Shown here one piece after another: positions 1 through 10,064 of a DNA stretch of 64,000 nt. Position 1 is the stretch's first letter. Every line of letters begins with the position of its first letter. Source of the stretch: Kiloniellaceae bacterium (GTDB lineage: Bacteria; Pseudomonadota; Alphaproteobacteria; Kiloniellales; J153); contig JAJFGP010000144.1 of the NCBI GenBank assembly GCA_021776055.1, positions 865-64,864 of the forward strand, written 5' to 3'. Under the pieces are notes generated by a model that was not told the origin of the DNA, ran no database searches, and worked only from the letters and a program-made list of their open reading frames with translations. The position numbers and the translations under genes were made by a program.

Positions 1-230
1 TACGCGATGTTGTAGCGCCAAAGATGCTCGCGAAATTGCGCGCTCAGCCTCTGAATTTTGACCAGCGGTCCACCTCGATCGCCGGCGCGCGCGCCGCCAT
101 AAAACAGGCGCGGTGCCGTGCCACGTCCGCTGCTCGGGATCGACGCGATTGCGTGAGCTCCGAGTGCGCCCGCATAAGCTATCCGCCCCACTCGCTTTGC
201 AAGAGGGTCATGGTGCACGTGAGATATCAT
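1..230 (-). CDS. Probable glycosyltransferase, N-terminal part (runs off window start)
   Basis: ATG at 230 overlaps the stop of the upstream GT (ATGA). Frame is open to position 1: MISHVHHDPLAKRVGRIAYAG...RLFYGGARAGDRGGPLVKIQRL, a GGP-type N-terminal motif of GT4-like enzymes. Absent from the ORF track because it is truncated. Confidence 0.6.
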   Translation of the reverse strand, partial: MISHVHHDPLAKRVGRIAYAGALGAHAIASIPSSGRGTAPRLFYGGARAGDRGGPLVKIQRLSAQFREHLWRYNIA

Positions 231-1339
231 TTTAGGAGGGGCCGGTATACCTGCTCGTAGTGCTGGCGGGCGACATGACGCCAATCAAACCCTTGTACGA
301 CCGTCTCTCGGGCTTCGATGGCGCGTGCGGTGCGTTGCTCGGGCGTGGCGGTCAAGAGAGCTAAGGCTCGCTCGCACATACCCTCAACGTCGTTGATCTC
401 GACAAGCCCGCCGGTGTCCATGTCCGAAAGGAGATCCTCGGCTTGGCCCACTCTCGTCGAGACAACCGGCACGTGAGTTGCCATGCTCTCCATCAGCGCC
501 ATGGGGCCACCTTCCTCGCGGGAGGTGACAAGGTACAGGTCGAGGGCATGGTAATAGGGAACCATGTCACGGTAATCGTTCAGAAAATCGTGTCGATAGG
601 GAATCCCATGCCGCTCTAGCCCAAGCCGGACATAGCCGCGCGCGGGTCCCGTCAGAAGAACGAATACGGGCATGCGCTCGGCTAGCTTGCGAACCGCTTC
701 GATGAAAACGTCGGGCCCCTTGATTAACTTGGGCTCCATGCCGTCTCCCCACCCGACACCGTCTTTCTGAAACGAACCGATGCACGTATGGCCGTCCGGG
801 ATTCCAAGTTGCTTTCGTGCATTGCACCGCTGTTCCGGTGTAGGCGGCTGAAACAAGCTCGTGTCGCAGCCAATCGGAATCTTCACCAGCTTCTCCCGGG
901 GCACTCCCCAATCGAGCAGCCGTCGTTCAACGAGGCTGGCGCCGGTCACGATTTTGCTCAATCGCGGGACACTCTCGACGAACGCATCGATGTGCCTGGC
1001 TACGTCCGGACCATCCTCCGGTTTTCCGTGGAAAAACGACGTCACAAAACGGTTCGACTTCGCCATGTGAGAACCCCACGCAAGCCACATGTACTGGGAA
1101 CCAAAATGAACAACACGGTCGAAAATGGGAGCAGGATCTGTGGTGATAGAAGCCGTCCCCGGGTACTCTGCCTCGATACCCTCGCACACGTAGTTTCCGA
1201 CCCAACGGATCGCCCAATCCGCACGCTCCACAACAAAATTAACCGGCGGGAATTTTGTATCCTGCAGACCAAAAGTGCGAAGGACGGAATAACCCTGACA
1301 GGTACCAGAACGAACGAAGTCTCGCACCAAGGCTTTCAT
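227..1339 (-). CDS. GT4 family glycosyltransferase
   Basis: KGPDVF and SREEGGPMALMESMA (ExxxxxxxE) GT-B motifs. Start moved to ATG 1339, which overlaps the gmd stop (ATGA). Confidence 0.9.
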   Translation of the reverse strand: MKALVRDFVRSGTCQGYSVLRTFGLQDTKFPPVNFVVERADWAIRWVGNYVCEGIEAEYPGTASITTDPAPIFDRVVHFGSQYMWLAWGSHMAKSNRFVTSFFHGKPEDGPDVARHIDAFVESVPRLSKIVTGASLVERRLLDWGVPREKLVKIPIGCDTSLFQPPTPEQRCNARKQLGIPDGHTCIGSFQKDGVGWGDGMEPKLIKGPDVFIEAVRKLAERMPVFVLLTGPARGYVRLGLERHGIPYRHDFLNDYRDMVPYYHALDLYLVTSREEGGPMALMESMATHVPVVSTRVGQAEDLLSDMDTGGLVEINDVEGMCERALALLTATPEQRTARAIEARETVVQGFDWRHVARQHYEQVYRPLLK

Positions 1340-2340
1340 CGGGTGGTCAGGCCATTCCCGTTTGGCATGCGTCGTTCTGCATCGATCATGGCGGCCACGA
1401 CCTCGTGCATTCCTTTCTGCGATTGCCAATCCAGAATTTCTCTGGCGCGAGACGCGTCCCCGAGACCGCATTGGATCTCTGCGGGGCGAAACAGAGTCTC
1501 ATCAATATCGACATGCTCGCGCCAATCGAGATCCAACTGGGAAAACGCCGTTGCAACGAATTCTTCTAGGGAATTGGCCTGGCCGGTGGCAATGACCAGA
1601 TCTTCCGGTTGGTCCAATTGCATCATCCGCCACATGGCGTCGACGTATTCGGGAGCCCAGCCCCAGTCCCGGCGAATCGAGAGGTTCCCGAGCGTCAGGC
1701 GCTCATTGTTTCCCGCTGCGATACGGGTCGCGGCGGCGACGATCTTGCGCGTTACGAAGCGCGCGGGACGCAGCGGGGACTCGTGATTGAAAAGAATTCC
1801 AGAGCAGGCGAAAGTTCCATAGGCCTGCCGATATAGCGAAACCAGCCAACGCGTCGCGGCCTTGGCCACAGCATAGGGGCTGCGCGGCTCGAACGCTGTA
1901 TCCTCGTTCGCGGCAATGCCATTCGTGTCGCCGAAACATTCGCCAGAGCAGGCATTGTACAATCGCATATTGCCGCCGATTGTACGCAGTGCCTCCAAGA
2001 CGTTGAGTGTGCCCTGAGTAATGCTTTCCATCGTCTCTGCCGGCTGCTCGAAAGACAGACCGACGGAGCTTTGTCCGCTGAAATTATAAATCTCGTTTGG
2101 CTGTGCCCGTTCTATGGTTCTCAGGATGTTCCGGAAATCAACCATCGCCGTAGACGAGACGGAAACTTGGTCCCGGATGCCCAGTTTCTTCAGGTTTGCG
2201 AAGCTCACCATCTCGGCATCCCGAGAAGTCCCATGGACCTCATAGTTTTTCTGGAGCAGGAGGGCGGAAAGATAAGCGCCATCTTGACCGGAGATGCCGA
2301 ATATGAGGGCCCGTTTTTTGTCGTTAGCCACGTGGCCCAC
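1336..2340 (-). CDS. gmd: GDP-mannose 4,6-dehydratase
   Basis: GISGQDGAYLS Rossmann motif, PRSPYAVAK (YxxxK), GILFNHESP and RDWGWAPEYV signatures. Confidence 0.9.
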   Translation of the reverse strand: MGHVANDKKRALIFGISGQDGAYLSALLLQKNYEVHGTSRDAEMVSFANLKKLGIRDQVSVSSTAMVDFRNILRTIERAQPNEIYNFSGQSSVGLSFEQPAETMESITQGTLNVLEALRTIGGNMRLYNACSGECFGDTNGIAANEDTAFEPRSPYAVAKAATRWLVSLYRQAYGTFACSGILFNHESPLRPARFVTRKIVAAATRIAAGNNERLTLGNLSIRRDWGWAPEYVDAMWRMMQLDQPEDLVIATGQANSLEEFVATAFSQLDLDWREHVDIDETLFRPAEIQCGLGDASRAREILDWQSQKGMHEVVAAMIDAERRMPNGNGLTTR

Positions 2341-3175
2341 CCTCCGTCTGGCTTACTATGGCGTATCCTGAAGGCATAAACGGCAACAGGCAATCCATTC
2401 GTAAGGCACCATACAACAGGGCTGCATAGAGCGCTGGAAATTTCTTGCGTAAGGATATGCGCAGCAAGATTTCGGGAACAGTTATGAAGGTGAAGTGAGT
2501 TAGAAAGCAGATTGCCCCACCAAGCTTGTAAACCTGGGTGTTAGGGCCGGTAAACCGTGCGGCGATCGCGCCCCGGCCATATTGCCGGTAACCATGCCAG
2601 AGATATAGGAACAAAGCCCAAGTGGAGGGAACCAAATGGACCTGCAATCCATGCTGCGCGAGAAGAGCCTGCAAGCGTGCGATCAGCTTGCCGTCGTCTG
2701 GGATGTGTTCGAGGGCAGAGTTGGAAATAATGAGGTCGAAACCGGACTCCAGATCGAGCTCGTGGGCATCACCTTTGACGAAATCGACCGTGAAGGCGCC
2801 GCCTTGCCACTTGGCGCTATCAAAGCGGTCCTGTACGTCCACACCCGTGTAATGCCCACCGTATCCAGCTTTGGCTAAGAGGTCCGACATCCGGCCGCTG
2901 CCGCAGCCGATGTCGAGGACCCGGAGATGCCGTGGCGTGGTGAGTTTGGGTAGCTCATGGATGATAAATGCTTCCCCAAGAATCCGCGCCGGAGAGGTCC
3001 CACGGATATCATGATCCGTTAGAATTTGGTGCGGAAGCGCCCACTGCCGCATGGAAACGGGAGCCGCGAAGCCGCCAATATTGCGCAGCATATTTCGCAT
3101 GACATAGCGAATGCGCCGAAAAGCGGACATCGGGGCATCGCCGTTGATCTCCACGGTACCGACGAAGTATGTCAT
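2324..3175 (-). CDS. Class I SAM-dependent methyltransferase
   Basis: VLDIGCGSG motif I; FDLIISNSALEH. Alternative start ATG 3130. Confidence 0.85.
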   Translation of the reverse strand: MTYFVGTVEINGDAPMSAFRRIRYVMRNMLRNIGGFAAPVSMRQWALPHQILTDHDIRGTSPARILGEAFIIHELPKLTTPRHLRVLDIGCGSGRMSDLLAKAGYGGHYTGVDVQDRFDSAKWQGGAFTVDFVKGDAHELDLESGFDLIISNSALEHIPDDGKLIARLQALLAQHGLQVHLVPSTWALFLYLWHGYRQYGRGAIAARFTGPNTQVYKLGGAICFLTHFTFITVPEILLRISLRKKFPALYAALLYGALRMDCLLPFMPSGYAIVSQTEGGPRG

Positions 3176-3225
3176 GGCTGATTATCATTGGGTCGCATGC
3201 CAGGGAAATCTCTCAGCACACTCGA

Positions 3226-4029
3226 TCAGCCATGCTTAACGGGCTTGCGGGCGACGGCCATGATCATATGGCTGAAGATCATGCCAGGCAGAAAAGGGGC
3301 CAGCAGGGCGCTGAGTGCCTGGGTCGCAATCCATTTGTACGATAAGCCGAATTCATGGTGTAGACACCGCAGGACACCTTGGCGTTTGTGAATTGGCTTG
3401 ATGTCTAAGACCTGGAACCCGCCAAACCGCAAGCAATCCCGAAGCTCCCCACGAGTCAGTCGCCACTGATAGAATCGCACCGATTGATGATTTGGTTCCG
3501 TTTCGCGCTTCGTATCGAAAGCCTTAATCAGGGATTGACGAAGGTTGTCGTAGGGCACGGTGATGAAAAGATAGCCGCCCGGCTTTAGAATGCGAAAGGC
3601 CTCGGCGATACAGCGATCCAGGCCTTCCTCGAAATGCTCGAAGGTGCCCCAAGAAAAATATCCGTCGAAGCTCTCGGCGGGCAGAGCCGTGTCGCGGATG
3701 TCGCCAACGGCGAAATCTGAATCCGGGAACAATGACTTTAGCTTTGCTACGGTGTCACGGCTGATGTCGAGACCATGGGTGGGTAACTCGTTGCGACTCA
3801 AGTAGAGGGTCCAATCCCCTAAGCCACAGCCCCCGTCCAGGAGGCGCGCGCCTTTGGGAAGTTGGTCCAAATAAGGTCGCATGATTCGAAACTCGGGCTT
3901 CCTCGGAATCCGGTCCACGGCGCCCTTGGGACCACCTTCCTGCTCCCAAACCCGAGTCCAATACGCCTCGACGAACGCGGTTTCATCCGCGCCGTCAGAT
4001 ACAGTATCGACCGTGAAATCTTTTCGCAT
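3226..4029 (-). CDS. Class I SAM-dependent methyltransferase
   Basis: LLDGGCGLG, FDGYFSWGTFEH and RILKPGG motifs. Confidence 0.88.
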   Translation of the reverse strand: MRKDFTVDTVSDGADETAFVEAYWTRVWEQEGGPKGAVDRIPRKPEFRIMRPYLDQLPKGARLLDGGCGLGDWTLYLSRNELPTHGLDISRDTVAKLKSLFPDSDFAVGDIRDTALPAESFDGYFSWGTFEHFEEGLDRCIAEAFRILKPGGYLFITVPYDNLRQSLIKAFDTKRETEPNHQSVRFYQWRLTRGELRDCLRFGGFQVLDIKPIHKRQGVLRCLHHEFGLSYKWIATQALSALLAPFLPGMIFSHMIMAVARKPVKHG

Positions 4030-4085
4030 TTAAACAGTCTCGGTGTTCTTGCAAGTCTTATTTGAGAGACTCGAAATCCTGTCTA

Positions 4086-5111
4086 TCAAAATGGAATCTG
4101 GTTGCGGGTAAACAGCCAGGGCGAGCGAAATACTTTCCGTTGTTTGGCATAGTCATCGCGGCGGGAAAAGAGAGTTTCGACAAGTTTGAGCCAGTCGGCC
4201 GTCATGTGCTCGGCCGTATGTGGATAGGCGCCCATCCGCCCAGCCAACTCACCGTAGTCCCGTATCAGCTGATTCAGCGCCGTTTCGAACGTTTCCGAAC
4301 TAAACGCAATGCCAAAACCGGAACAATACTCGGGCAGACAGCCGCTTTCGCGGTAGAAAAGGGGCAAGCCGCATAGGGCACCTTCATTCTGGTGGTTCCC
4401 ACCCGGCTCATTTATGGACGCCGTAATATAGGCGTGATGGCTGCGCAGTTCGTCAGCCAAAGCCTCTCCGTTCAAAGGCGCGACGTGACGGGCGTGGCGA
4501 AACCGGAAGCCTTTTGGAAGATTGCCGACATAGGTAAAGCGGATGCGTTCTTTCCAGGCATCATCGGCCAGCATGGCGTCGAGACGCGTATAGATATCGA
4601 AACCCTTCATCCAGTTTCCGCCCCAATGATGCGTGACCAGTTTCAGGGGCTCTTTGCCATTCCATGGCTTAAACCCCCGGGCATTGAATATTTCTGCATC
4701 TGCGCCGTTCAAAATAACGCTGCTCTCGGCGGGCGGCGTTACCTGCCAGGCTGACAATTCGCGCAACCAGGAACCGACAAAGACGGTGTGGTCGGCACAA
4801 TAGTTAGCGCGCGTGAGGAGCTTATTCATATGCCGCGTTCTCTTTCGTTCGTCGCACTCGTTGACGCGGTGGATGACGATGGCCTTGGGATTGCGGAATG
4901 TGAGGTAACGAAGGATACCTCCGGCACCGAAACTGAAGAGAGATAGACGGGAACGGGGATCCATGAGGAGAATGATGTCGATATCCGCATCCGCCAGGTC
5001 GAACACGACGCGATGACCAGCTTGCACCAGGGCCTCCGACAAGGCGGACACGAAGCGGTTGCCACCACCCCACGGACCCGGCTGAAGCCGGTAGCCGATG
5101 GCGACCTTCAC
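4086..5111 (-). CDS. GT4-like glycosyltransferase
   Basis: N-terminal PWGGGNRF, KGFD, and C-terminal EPGGNHQNEG..CGLP resembling the GT4 E-x7-E motif. GTGA overlap with the upstream gene. Confidence 0.7.
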   Translation of the reverse strand: MKVAIGYRLQPGPWGGGNRFVSALSEALVQAGHRVVFDLADADIDIILLMDPRSRLSLFSFGAGGILRYLTFRNPKAIVIHRVNECDERKRTRHMNKLLTRANYCADHTVFVGSWLRELSAWQVTPPAESSVILNGADAEIFNARGFKPWNGKEPLKLVTHHWGGNWMKGFDIYTRLDAMLADDAWKERIRFTYVGNLPKGFRFRHARHVAPLNGEALADELRSHHAYITASINEPGGNHQNEGALCGLPLFYRESGCLPEYCSGFGIAFSSETFETALNQLIRDYGELAGRMGAYPHTAEHMTADWLKLVETLFSRRDDYAKQRKVFRSPWLFTRNQIPF

Positions 5112-6031
5112 GAGTCGTCACTTTTACAGATGCGGCGCAAATCGTCGCTGAGACGGCGGGAACCGTCTTGGTTGAGATGATCGACGTTGCCGAAATAGTC
5201 GTCCTCGTAAGTGTCCCAAAGGTCGACATAGGCGATCCCCACTTTCTCGGCGAGCGCACCGTAAGCGGCACGGATTTGACCGAAAATGGGAAATTGCCCG
5301 GCGGCATCGCGATAGGCGGAGCTGACCGGAAAAGTGACCAGACAAAGAGTGACCCCCGCGTCCCGTGTCCGTTCCAGCGTACCGCGCAACTGCTTCATGT
5401 CGGCGGTGGCGGCAAAACCAGGTGCCGGGATGTGAAGCTGGGTGCGAATTGCCGCCTGACGCCGCCGAGTGTCCGCCGCTATCTCGAGCAGCCTAGGTAT
5501 GGCCGCTGGTTCGCTGAGCGTTGTCTTCTCAGGTCCGACGAACAGGCGGGCAGGATCGCGCAACATGGCATTCCAATAATCGAACAGATAGCGCCGAAAA
5601 TGGGGACGCAGCATTTGTAGGCTACGGGGTTCTGCGTCGAGAAAATCTTCGAGCAAATCCGACTGGTTCAAACTCAACCGATAGAAGGAGAAATGCTGGG
5701 GGCCAAGCTGCAGCAACACGTAACGGGCGCGTCCCGACGCGACATACGCGTCAAGTTTGCCCAGGGTGGTTTTCAGACTTTCACCCGCAGCGGCGAAGTT
5801 GGTAAATCCCGAGTCTTCCAGAATGCCCGAGACAGCGCGGGAATCGCCGAAGGCTGCGGCCATATCATCGCCGCTGTGGAAGGCGCGCTTGAGGACATCG
5901 TAGCTGTTGCCTGGCGCCACATGGAAGCGGATCAATAGCTCGCTGCCAATGACGAATCCCAGAGTGGATAGGCTGAACAGCGCCATGAAGGTGACGGCAA
6001 AGGCCTTAAAATTCGAAATAGATGAACTCAC
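5108..6031 (-). CDS. Membrane-anchored SGNH-like protein (DltD/AlgJ/AlgX-type partner of the MBOAT)
   Basis: N-terminal hydrophobic helix, GDSR block I and C-terminal DHLN (DxxH-like). Overlaps the MBOAT 3' end. Confidence 0.65.
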   Translation of the reverse strand: MSSSISNFKAFAVTFMALFSLSTLGFVIGSELLIRFHVAPGNSYDVLKRAFHSGDDMAAAFGDSRAVSGILEDSGFTNFAAAGESLKTTLGKLDAYVASGRARYVLLQLGPQHFSFYRLSLNQSDLLEDFLDAEPRSLQMLRPHFRRYLFDYWNAMLRDPARLFVGPEKTTLSEPAAIPRLLEIAADTRRRQAAIRTQLHIPAPGFAATADMKQLRGTLERTRDAGVTLCLVTFPVSSAYRDAAGQFPIFGQIRAAYGALAEKVGIAYVDLWDTYEDDYFGNVDHLNQDGSRRLSDDLRRICKSDDS

Positions 6032-7544
6032 CGGACGGGCCTTGCAGCAGAGATAGGGTCAGGTAGCTGGCGAGGGCGGCGATCATCAGGCCGCTTGCCA
6101 GGGACGGCCGCCAACGGATCAGCGAGCGGGTGGGCTGGGCGTCGAGGGCGGGCTCGAATTTGCCCATGATTTCCTGGGTGTTGGGCAGCAGCCATACGAA
6201 GCCGAGCAGGCTCGCCAGGATGACCAACTGCCAGCCGCCCCCATAGACGGGCAGTGCGCCGAAGGTGACCCCGAGGCCGGAGAGCCACGGCGTCAATCCA
6301 CCCGTGACATCAGCGTAATGGATGGGCAGCACCACGCCGTTGAGACCGGCCAGGCCGCGCAGCATGGTCAGGCTGGCCGGAAAGCTGTCGGCGCGGAAAA
6401 ATACCCAGGCCACGGTGACCGCCGTAAAGGTCAGCAGCCTGCCGGTCCAGCGGCCAACGGCGGTGGAGTCGCCGGAATCGCCTCGCCAGGCCCGCCAGCC
6501 ATGGTTGACGGCGAGAAACACGCCATGCAGTCCGCCCCAGGCAACGAAGGTCCAGTTCGCCCCATGCCACAGCCCGCCGAGCAGCATGACGACCATCAGA
6601 TTGAGGTAGCGCCGCGCCGACCCGAATCGGTTGCCGCCGAGCGGGAAGTAGAGATAGTCGCGCAGGAATCGCGTCAGGGTCATATGCCAGCCGCGCCAGA
6701 AGTCGATGATGCTGGTCGCCTTGTATGGCGAGGCGAAGTTGAGCGGCAGGATGATGCCGAACATGCGGGCGAGGCCGATGGCCATGTCAGTATAGCCGGA
6801 GAAATCGAAATAGATTTCAAAACTGAAGCCGAGCACGCCGACCCAGGCGTCGATGAAGCTGACATCGATGCCGCGGGCGACGGCGCCGAAACTCTGGTCC
6901 GCCCAATAGCCGGCGCGGTCGGCGAGAACCAGCTTCTTGAACAGCCCGATGGTGGCGATGGTGAAGCCGATGGCGAGATTGCGCCACACCACATCGATCT
7001 GGTGGCGCTTGAGAAATTGGGGAATCATCTCGCGATGATGAACGATAGGCCCGGCGATGAGTTGGGGAAAAAAACTGACGAACAGGCAATAGGTGGCGAG
7101 ACTCGGCTCTTCAACCTTGCCCTGATAGGCGTCGACCAGATAGGCGATCTGCTGAAAGGTAAAAAAGGAGATCGCCAGGGGCAGCAAGATATTCACTGAC
7201 GCAAACGTGCCGCCGGTCAGGGCGGCTATGTTGCTGATGGCGAATCCGGCGTATTTGAAAACCCCCAACAGAGCCAGATTCATAGCGACCCCGAAGGTCA
7301 GAAGTGTCTTGCTGCCACCCGCCGCGTGATGGCGCGTAAGCGCGCGACCGATCAGATAGTTGAACAGGATCGACCCGACGATCAACGGCACATAGAGGGG
7401 TTCCCACCAGCCATAGAAAAACAGCGAGCAGACCACCAGGAACTTCACCGCCGGCATCTCGAAGCGGCGATGGCGAAGCGCGTAGTAACCGACCAAAACG
7501 AAAGGCAGGAACAGCAGCAGGAACTCGGGTGAGTTAAACAGCAT
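6006..7544 (-). CDS. MBOAT family O-acyltransferase (AlgI/DltB-like)
   Basis: MLFNSPEF start (ATG 7544), PLAISFFTFQ, FFPQLIAGPI, YFDFSGYTDMAIG, FWRGWHMTL and GLWHGA catalytic His. Confidence 0.95.
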   Translation of the reverse strand: MLFNSPEFLLLFLPFVLVGYYALRHRRFEMPAVKFLVVCSLFFYGWWEPLYVPLIVGSILFNYLIGRALTRHHAAGGSKTLLTFGVAMNLALLGVFKYAGFAISNIAALTGGTFASVNILLPLAISFFTFQQIAYLVDAYQGKVEEPSLATYCLFVSFFPQLIAGPIVHHREMIPQFLKRHQIDVVWRNLAIGFTIATIGLFKKLVLADRAGYWADQSFGAVARGIDVSFIDAWVGVLGFSFEIYFDFSGYTDMAIGLARMFGIILPLNFASPYKATSIIDFWRGWHMTLTRFLRDYLYFPLGGNRFGSARRYLNLMVVMLLGGLWHGANWTFVAWGGLHGVFLAVNHGWRAWRGDSGDSTAVGRWTGRLLTFTAVTVAWVFFRADSFPASLTMLRGLAGLNGVVLPIHYADVTGGLTPWLSGLGVTFGALPVYGGGWQLVILASLLGFVWLLPNTQEIMGKFEPALDAQPTRSLIRWRPSLASGLMIAALASYLTLSLLQGPSGEFIYFEF

Positions 7545-8634
7545 TTGCTTGGTTCTCAAAGCAAAGCGCCTGCACGGCCCGCGCCATGGCGTCGACGTTG
7601 AGATGGTCCTCCACAATTCGACGCGCGGCCTGGCCGATGGCCCGCGTAACGTCGGGGCTGTCGAGCAAATCCCGGGCCGATTGGCCGAGCGCCTCGGCGT
7701 CACCCGGCTTAACCAGGATGCAGTTCTCACCATGGCGCATGAGCCCGCGATCCCACAACCCGGCGATGTCCGACAACACCACCGCCTTGCCGCAAGCCAT
7801 GGCCTGAAGACAGGCGCTCTGGCCCGAGGGCTGCATGGTATCGCGGACGGGGACCACTACGAAGTGGCTGCCCCTGACCATGTCTCGAAGCACCCCATCA
7901 CTGAGCACCTGTGCTCGCCAGTCGCCCGCAACCACCTTGACGTTGGCGGGCAGCGGCGCGGGGATGGCAAGTCGCGTGACGATCCGCAACTCCGGGAAAT
8001 TCGGCCGCCAGGCACGGATCAGCGTGTCGTAATCACGGTGCGAATCGTTGCCGACACTGAGCACATAGTCGCCCTGCTCGTTCCCATCGCCTGGCGCCCA
8101 GAATCGATGATCGACGCCAAACGGCACATAGTACACCTCAATCTCGGGGAACAGGGCCGCGAGATGCTCGCGCTCCGCGCGCGAAATGACGGCAAGGGTC
8201 ACATGGCGCAGGATGCGCCCATAAACCCAGCGCACCAGCGGCGGCGGCGCGACCCCAACCAGCCCCATGGCGATGAAGATCACGCGTGGTCTCCACAGGC
8301 CGAAGCGTTTGAGCAAGGCAAGGGCGATGCCGAAGGCATTCGTGGTGACAAAGACCGCGTCGTATCTTTCCAGAAGTGCCCGCGCGTCGCGCCGGGCCAG
8401 TCGGTAGGTTGCCCACAAGGGAAGGCCCAGGACGGTCCAGGCCAGATGATTGACGGCGCGCCACAGCCGAGAGGGGCTTTCGTTCAGACCAAAATCATCG
8501 TCTTGCCACAGATCAACATCGAGGCCGGAATCGCGCAGTTGCGGATAGCCAAAAAAGAATTCCGTCGGCCCGCCCGCGGCGTCATTCTCAAGCCGTTCCC
8601 TGCGGCCGGATTTGAATAGGTAAGCAAATGCCAT
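7534..8634 (-). CDS. GT4 family glycosyltransferase
   Basis: RDYDTL and SGQSACLQAMACGKAVV GT-B C-terminal motif. Confidence 0.85.
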   Translation of the reverse strand: MAFAYLFKSGRRERLENDAAGGPTEFFFGYPQLRDSGLDVDLWQDDDFGLNESPSRLWRAVNHLAWTVLGLPLWATYRLARRDARALLERYDAVFVTTNAFGIALALLKRFGLWRPRVIFIAMGLVGVAPPPLVRWVYGRILRHVTLAVISRAEREHLAALFPEIEVYYVPFGVDHRFWAPGDGNEQGDYVLSVGNDSHRDYDTLIRAWRPNFPELRIVTRLAIPAPLPANVKVVAGDWRAQVLSDGVLRDMVRGSHFVVVPVRDTMQPSGQSACLQAMACGKAVVLSDIAGLWDRGLMRHGENCILVKPGDAEALGQSARDLLDSPDVTRAIGQAARRIVEDHLNVDAMARAVQALCFENQANAV

Positions 8635-8660
8635 GGCCGGCTATACGGGTGTCCGGCCGT

Positions 8661-10064
8661 TCAAACAGCGGCCTGTAACGATGCGCGCGCGTCTTGGATT
8701 GGCGGCGCGACGCTCTCTACGAATTCGCACAGCCGTTCCGAATACGGCCGGTTAAATGGCTCAACGAAAAAACAACTGGCTTCCTGTAGGCGTTTGCAAA
8801 ACGAATCGTCTCCCACAAGCGACATAAGTTCGCCAAGAGTGGAGATCAATTCGTCTCTGCCGTTGGCCTTCAGGAATTCCGGTATCTGGTACATGTCCTC
8901 GAAATGAATGAGAGACACCGCCCGCTGGAAGTGATTAGCGGACCGTTCTTCCGTTGGCAGGAAGCAGGCGACCGGCTTGCCGTGCAGGGCACCCTCGACG
9001 ATGATCGTCGACAGCGGGGAAACCAGCGCGTCCACGGAACAAAGCAGGTCGTGCATCCGCTCATAAGACGGCAGAGTTTTTCCCTTGTGGCCTGCCTTCA
9101 CCGCTTCGAGGTAGCCGCGCATGCTGTTCTCCATGCAGACATGGCGCCATGGATGATCAAGCAGACGCTCTCCCCCCATGCCACCTCCACCCCATGGGTG
9201 GGGGCGATAAATAACCGCCATCTTCGGGAGACGGCCAGCGTCGATGGCGTCTTCGATCGCCCGCAGGTGGCTGAACTCATCGCTCTCCTTGCTCGAGCCG
9301 GCATAAAGAAGAACCGGAAGAGCGGGGTCGATGTTGTGTTCGCGACAGAATTCTGTTCGGGAAATGGTGGCCGGACGGCGAAACAGATCGAACTGCGCGG
9401 CGCCGAACTTGATCGCCCGCTCCGGGCTGATGCCAACGTATTCGACGGCATGTTGCTTGGTCTGCTCGCCCCACACCAGCAACCAGTCCGGAACCCCGAC
9501 CATGGCCCGCTTTGTGCTCGGATTATCCCATGAATTCATGATTGTGACGAATGGGATGGCACGTTTGGATGCCGCTTCTATAAGGTCGTTGATATAGACA
9601 CCCTCGAGCACGCACGGATGGATGATCGCATCGGGCAGGTACTTATCGAGCAACGCGTCCAGATCGTGATATGGCCGATCGGCGAGTTTGCGTTCAAGGA
9701 AACGCCGGACCAGCGCAAATATGCCGGGTAGACTGGCCACTTTGTACAGTGCTGCAGCTTTGGTGCCGATGGCACCAATATAAATCTCGCGGATGATTTT
9801 CCACTGCCGACCGGGCCGCCATCTGAGCTGGTCGATCTGGAAAAGCGGTTTCCATAGGCGTTGGCGGCCCTGGTGGACCGTGAGGTGGGTATAGTCCGCG
9901 CCGCAGAGATCCAGTTGGTCGACCTCGACATCGCCCATCCTCTTGTATCCGGGCTCGGGGAACACAAACGTCACATCGTGCTTCTTGATGAGGTCGGCGA
10001 ATACCCGGCTATGGACGAAATGGCGGATAACGACGTCCACCTCGATGAAAATCAGGACTTTCAG
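8661..10064 (-). CDS. GT-B fold putative ulosonate (CMP-sugar) transferase, TagF/capsule-biosynthesis-like
   Basis: NSWDNPSTK, LLVWGE, YRPHP and STIIVEGALHGKP motifs. Directly follows the CMP-ulosonate synthetase. Start uncertain: CTG 10064 overlapping the upstream stop, versus 10235 in the ORF track. Confidence 0.65.
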   Translation of the reverse strand: MKVLIFIEVDVVIRHFVHSRVFADLIKKHDVTFVFPEPGYKRMGDVEVDQLDLCGADYTHLTVHQGRQRLWKPLFQIDQLRWRPGRQWKIIREIYIGAIGTKAAALYKVASLPGIFALVRRFLERKLADRPYHDLDALLDKYLPDAIIHPCVLEGVYINDLIEAASKRAIPFVTIMNSWDNPSTKRAMVGVPDWLLVWGEQTKQHAVEYVGISPERAIKFGAAQFDLFRRPATISRTEFCREHNIDPALPVLLYAGSSKESDEFSHLRAIEDAIDAGRLPKMAVIYRPHPWGGGGMGGERLLDHPWRHVCMENSMRGYLEAVKAGHKGKTLPSYERMHDLLCSVDALVSPLSTIIVEGALHGKPVACFLPTEERSANHFQRAVSLIHFEDMYQIPEFLKANGRDELISTLGELMSLVGDDSFCKRLQEASCFFVEPFNRPYSERLCEFVESVAPPIQDARASLQAAV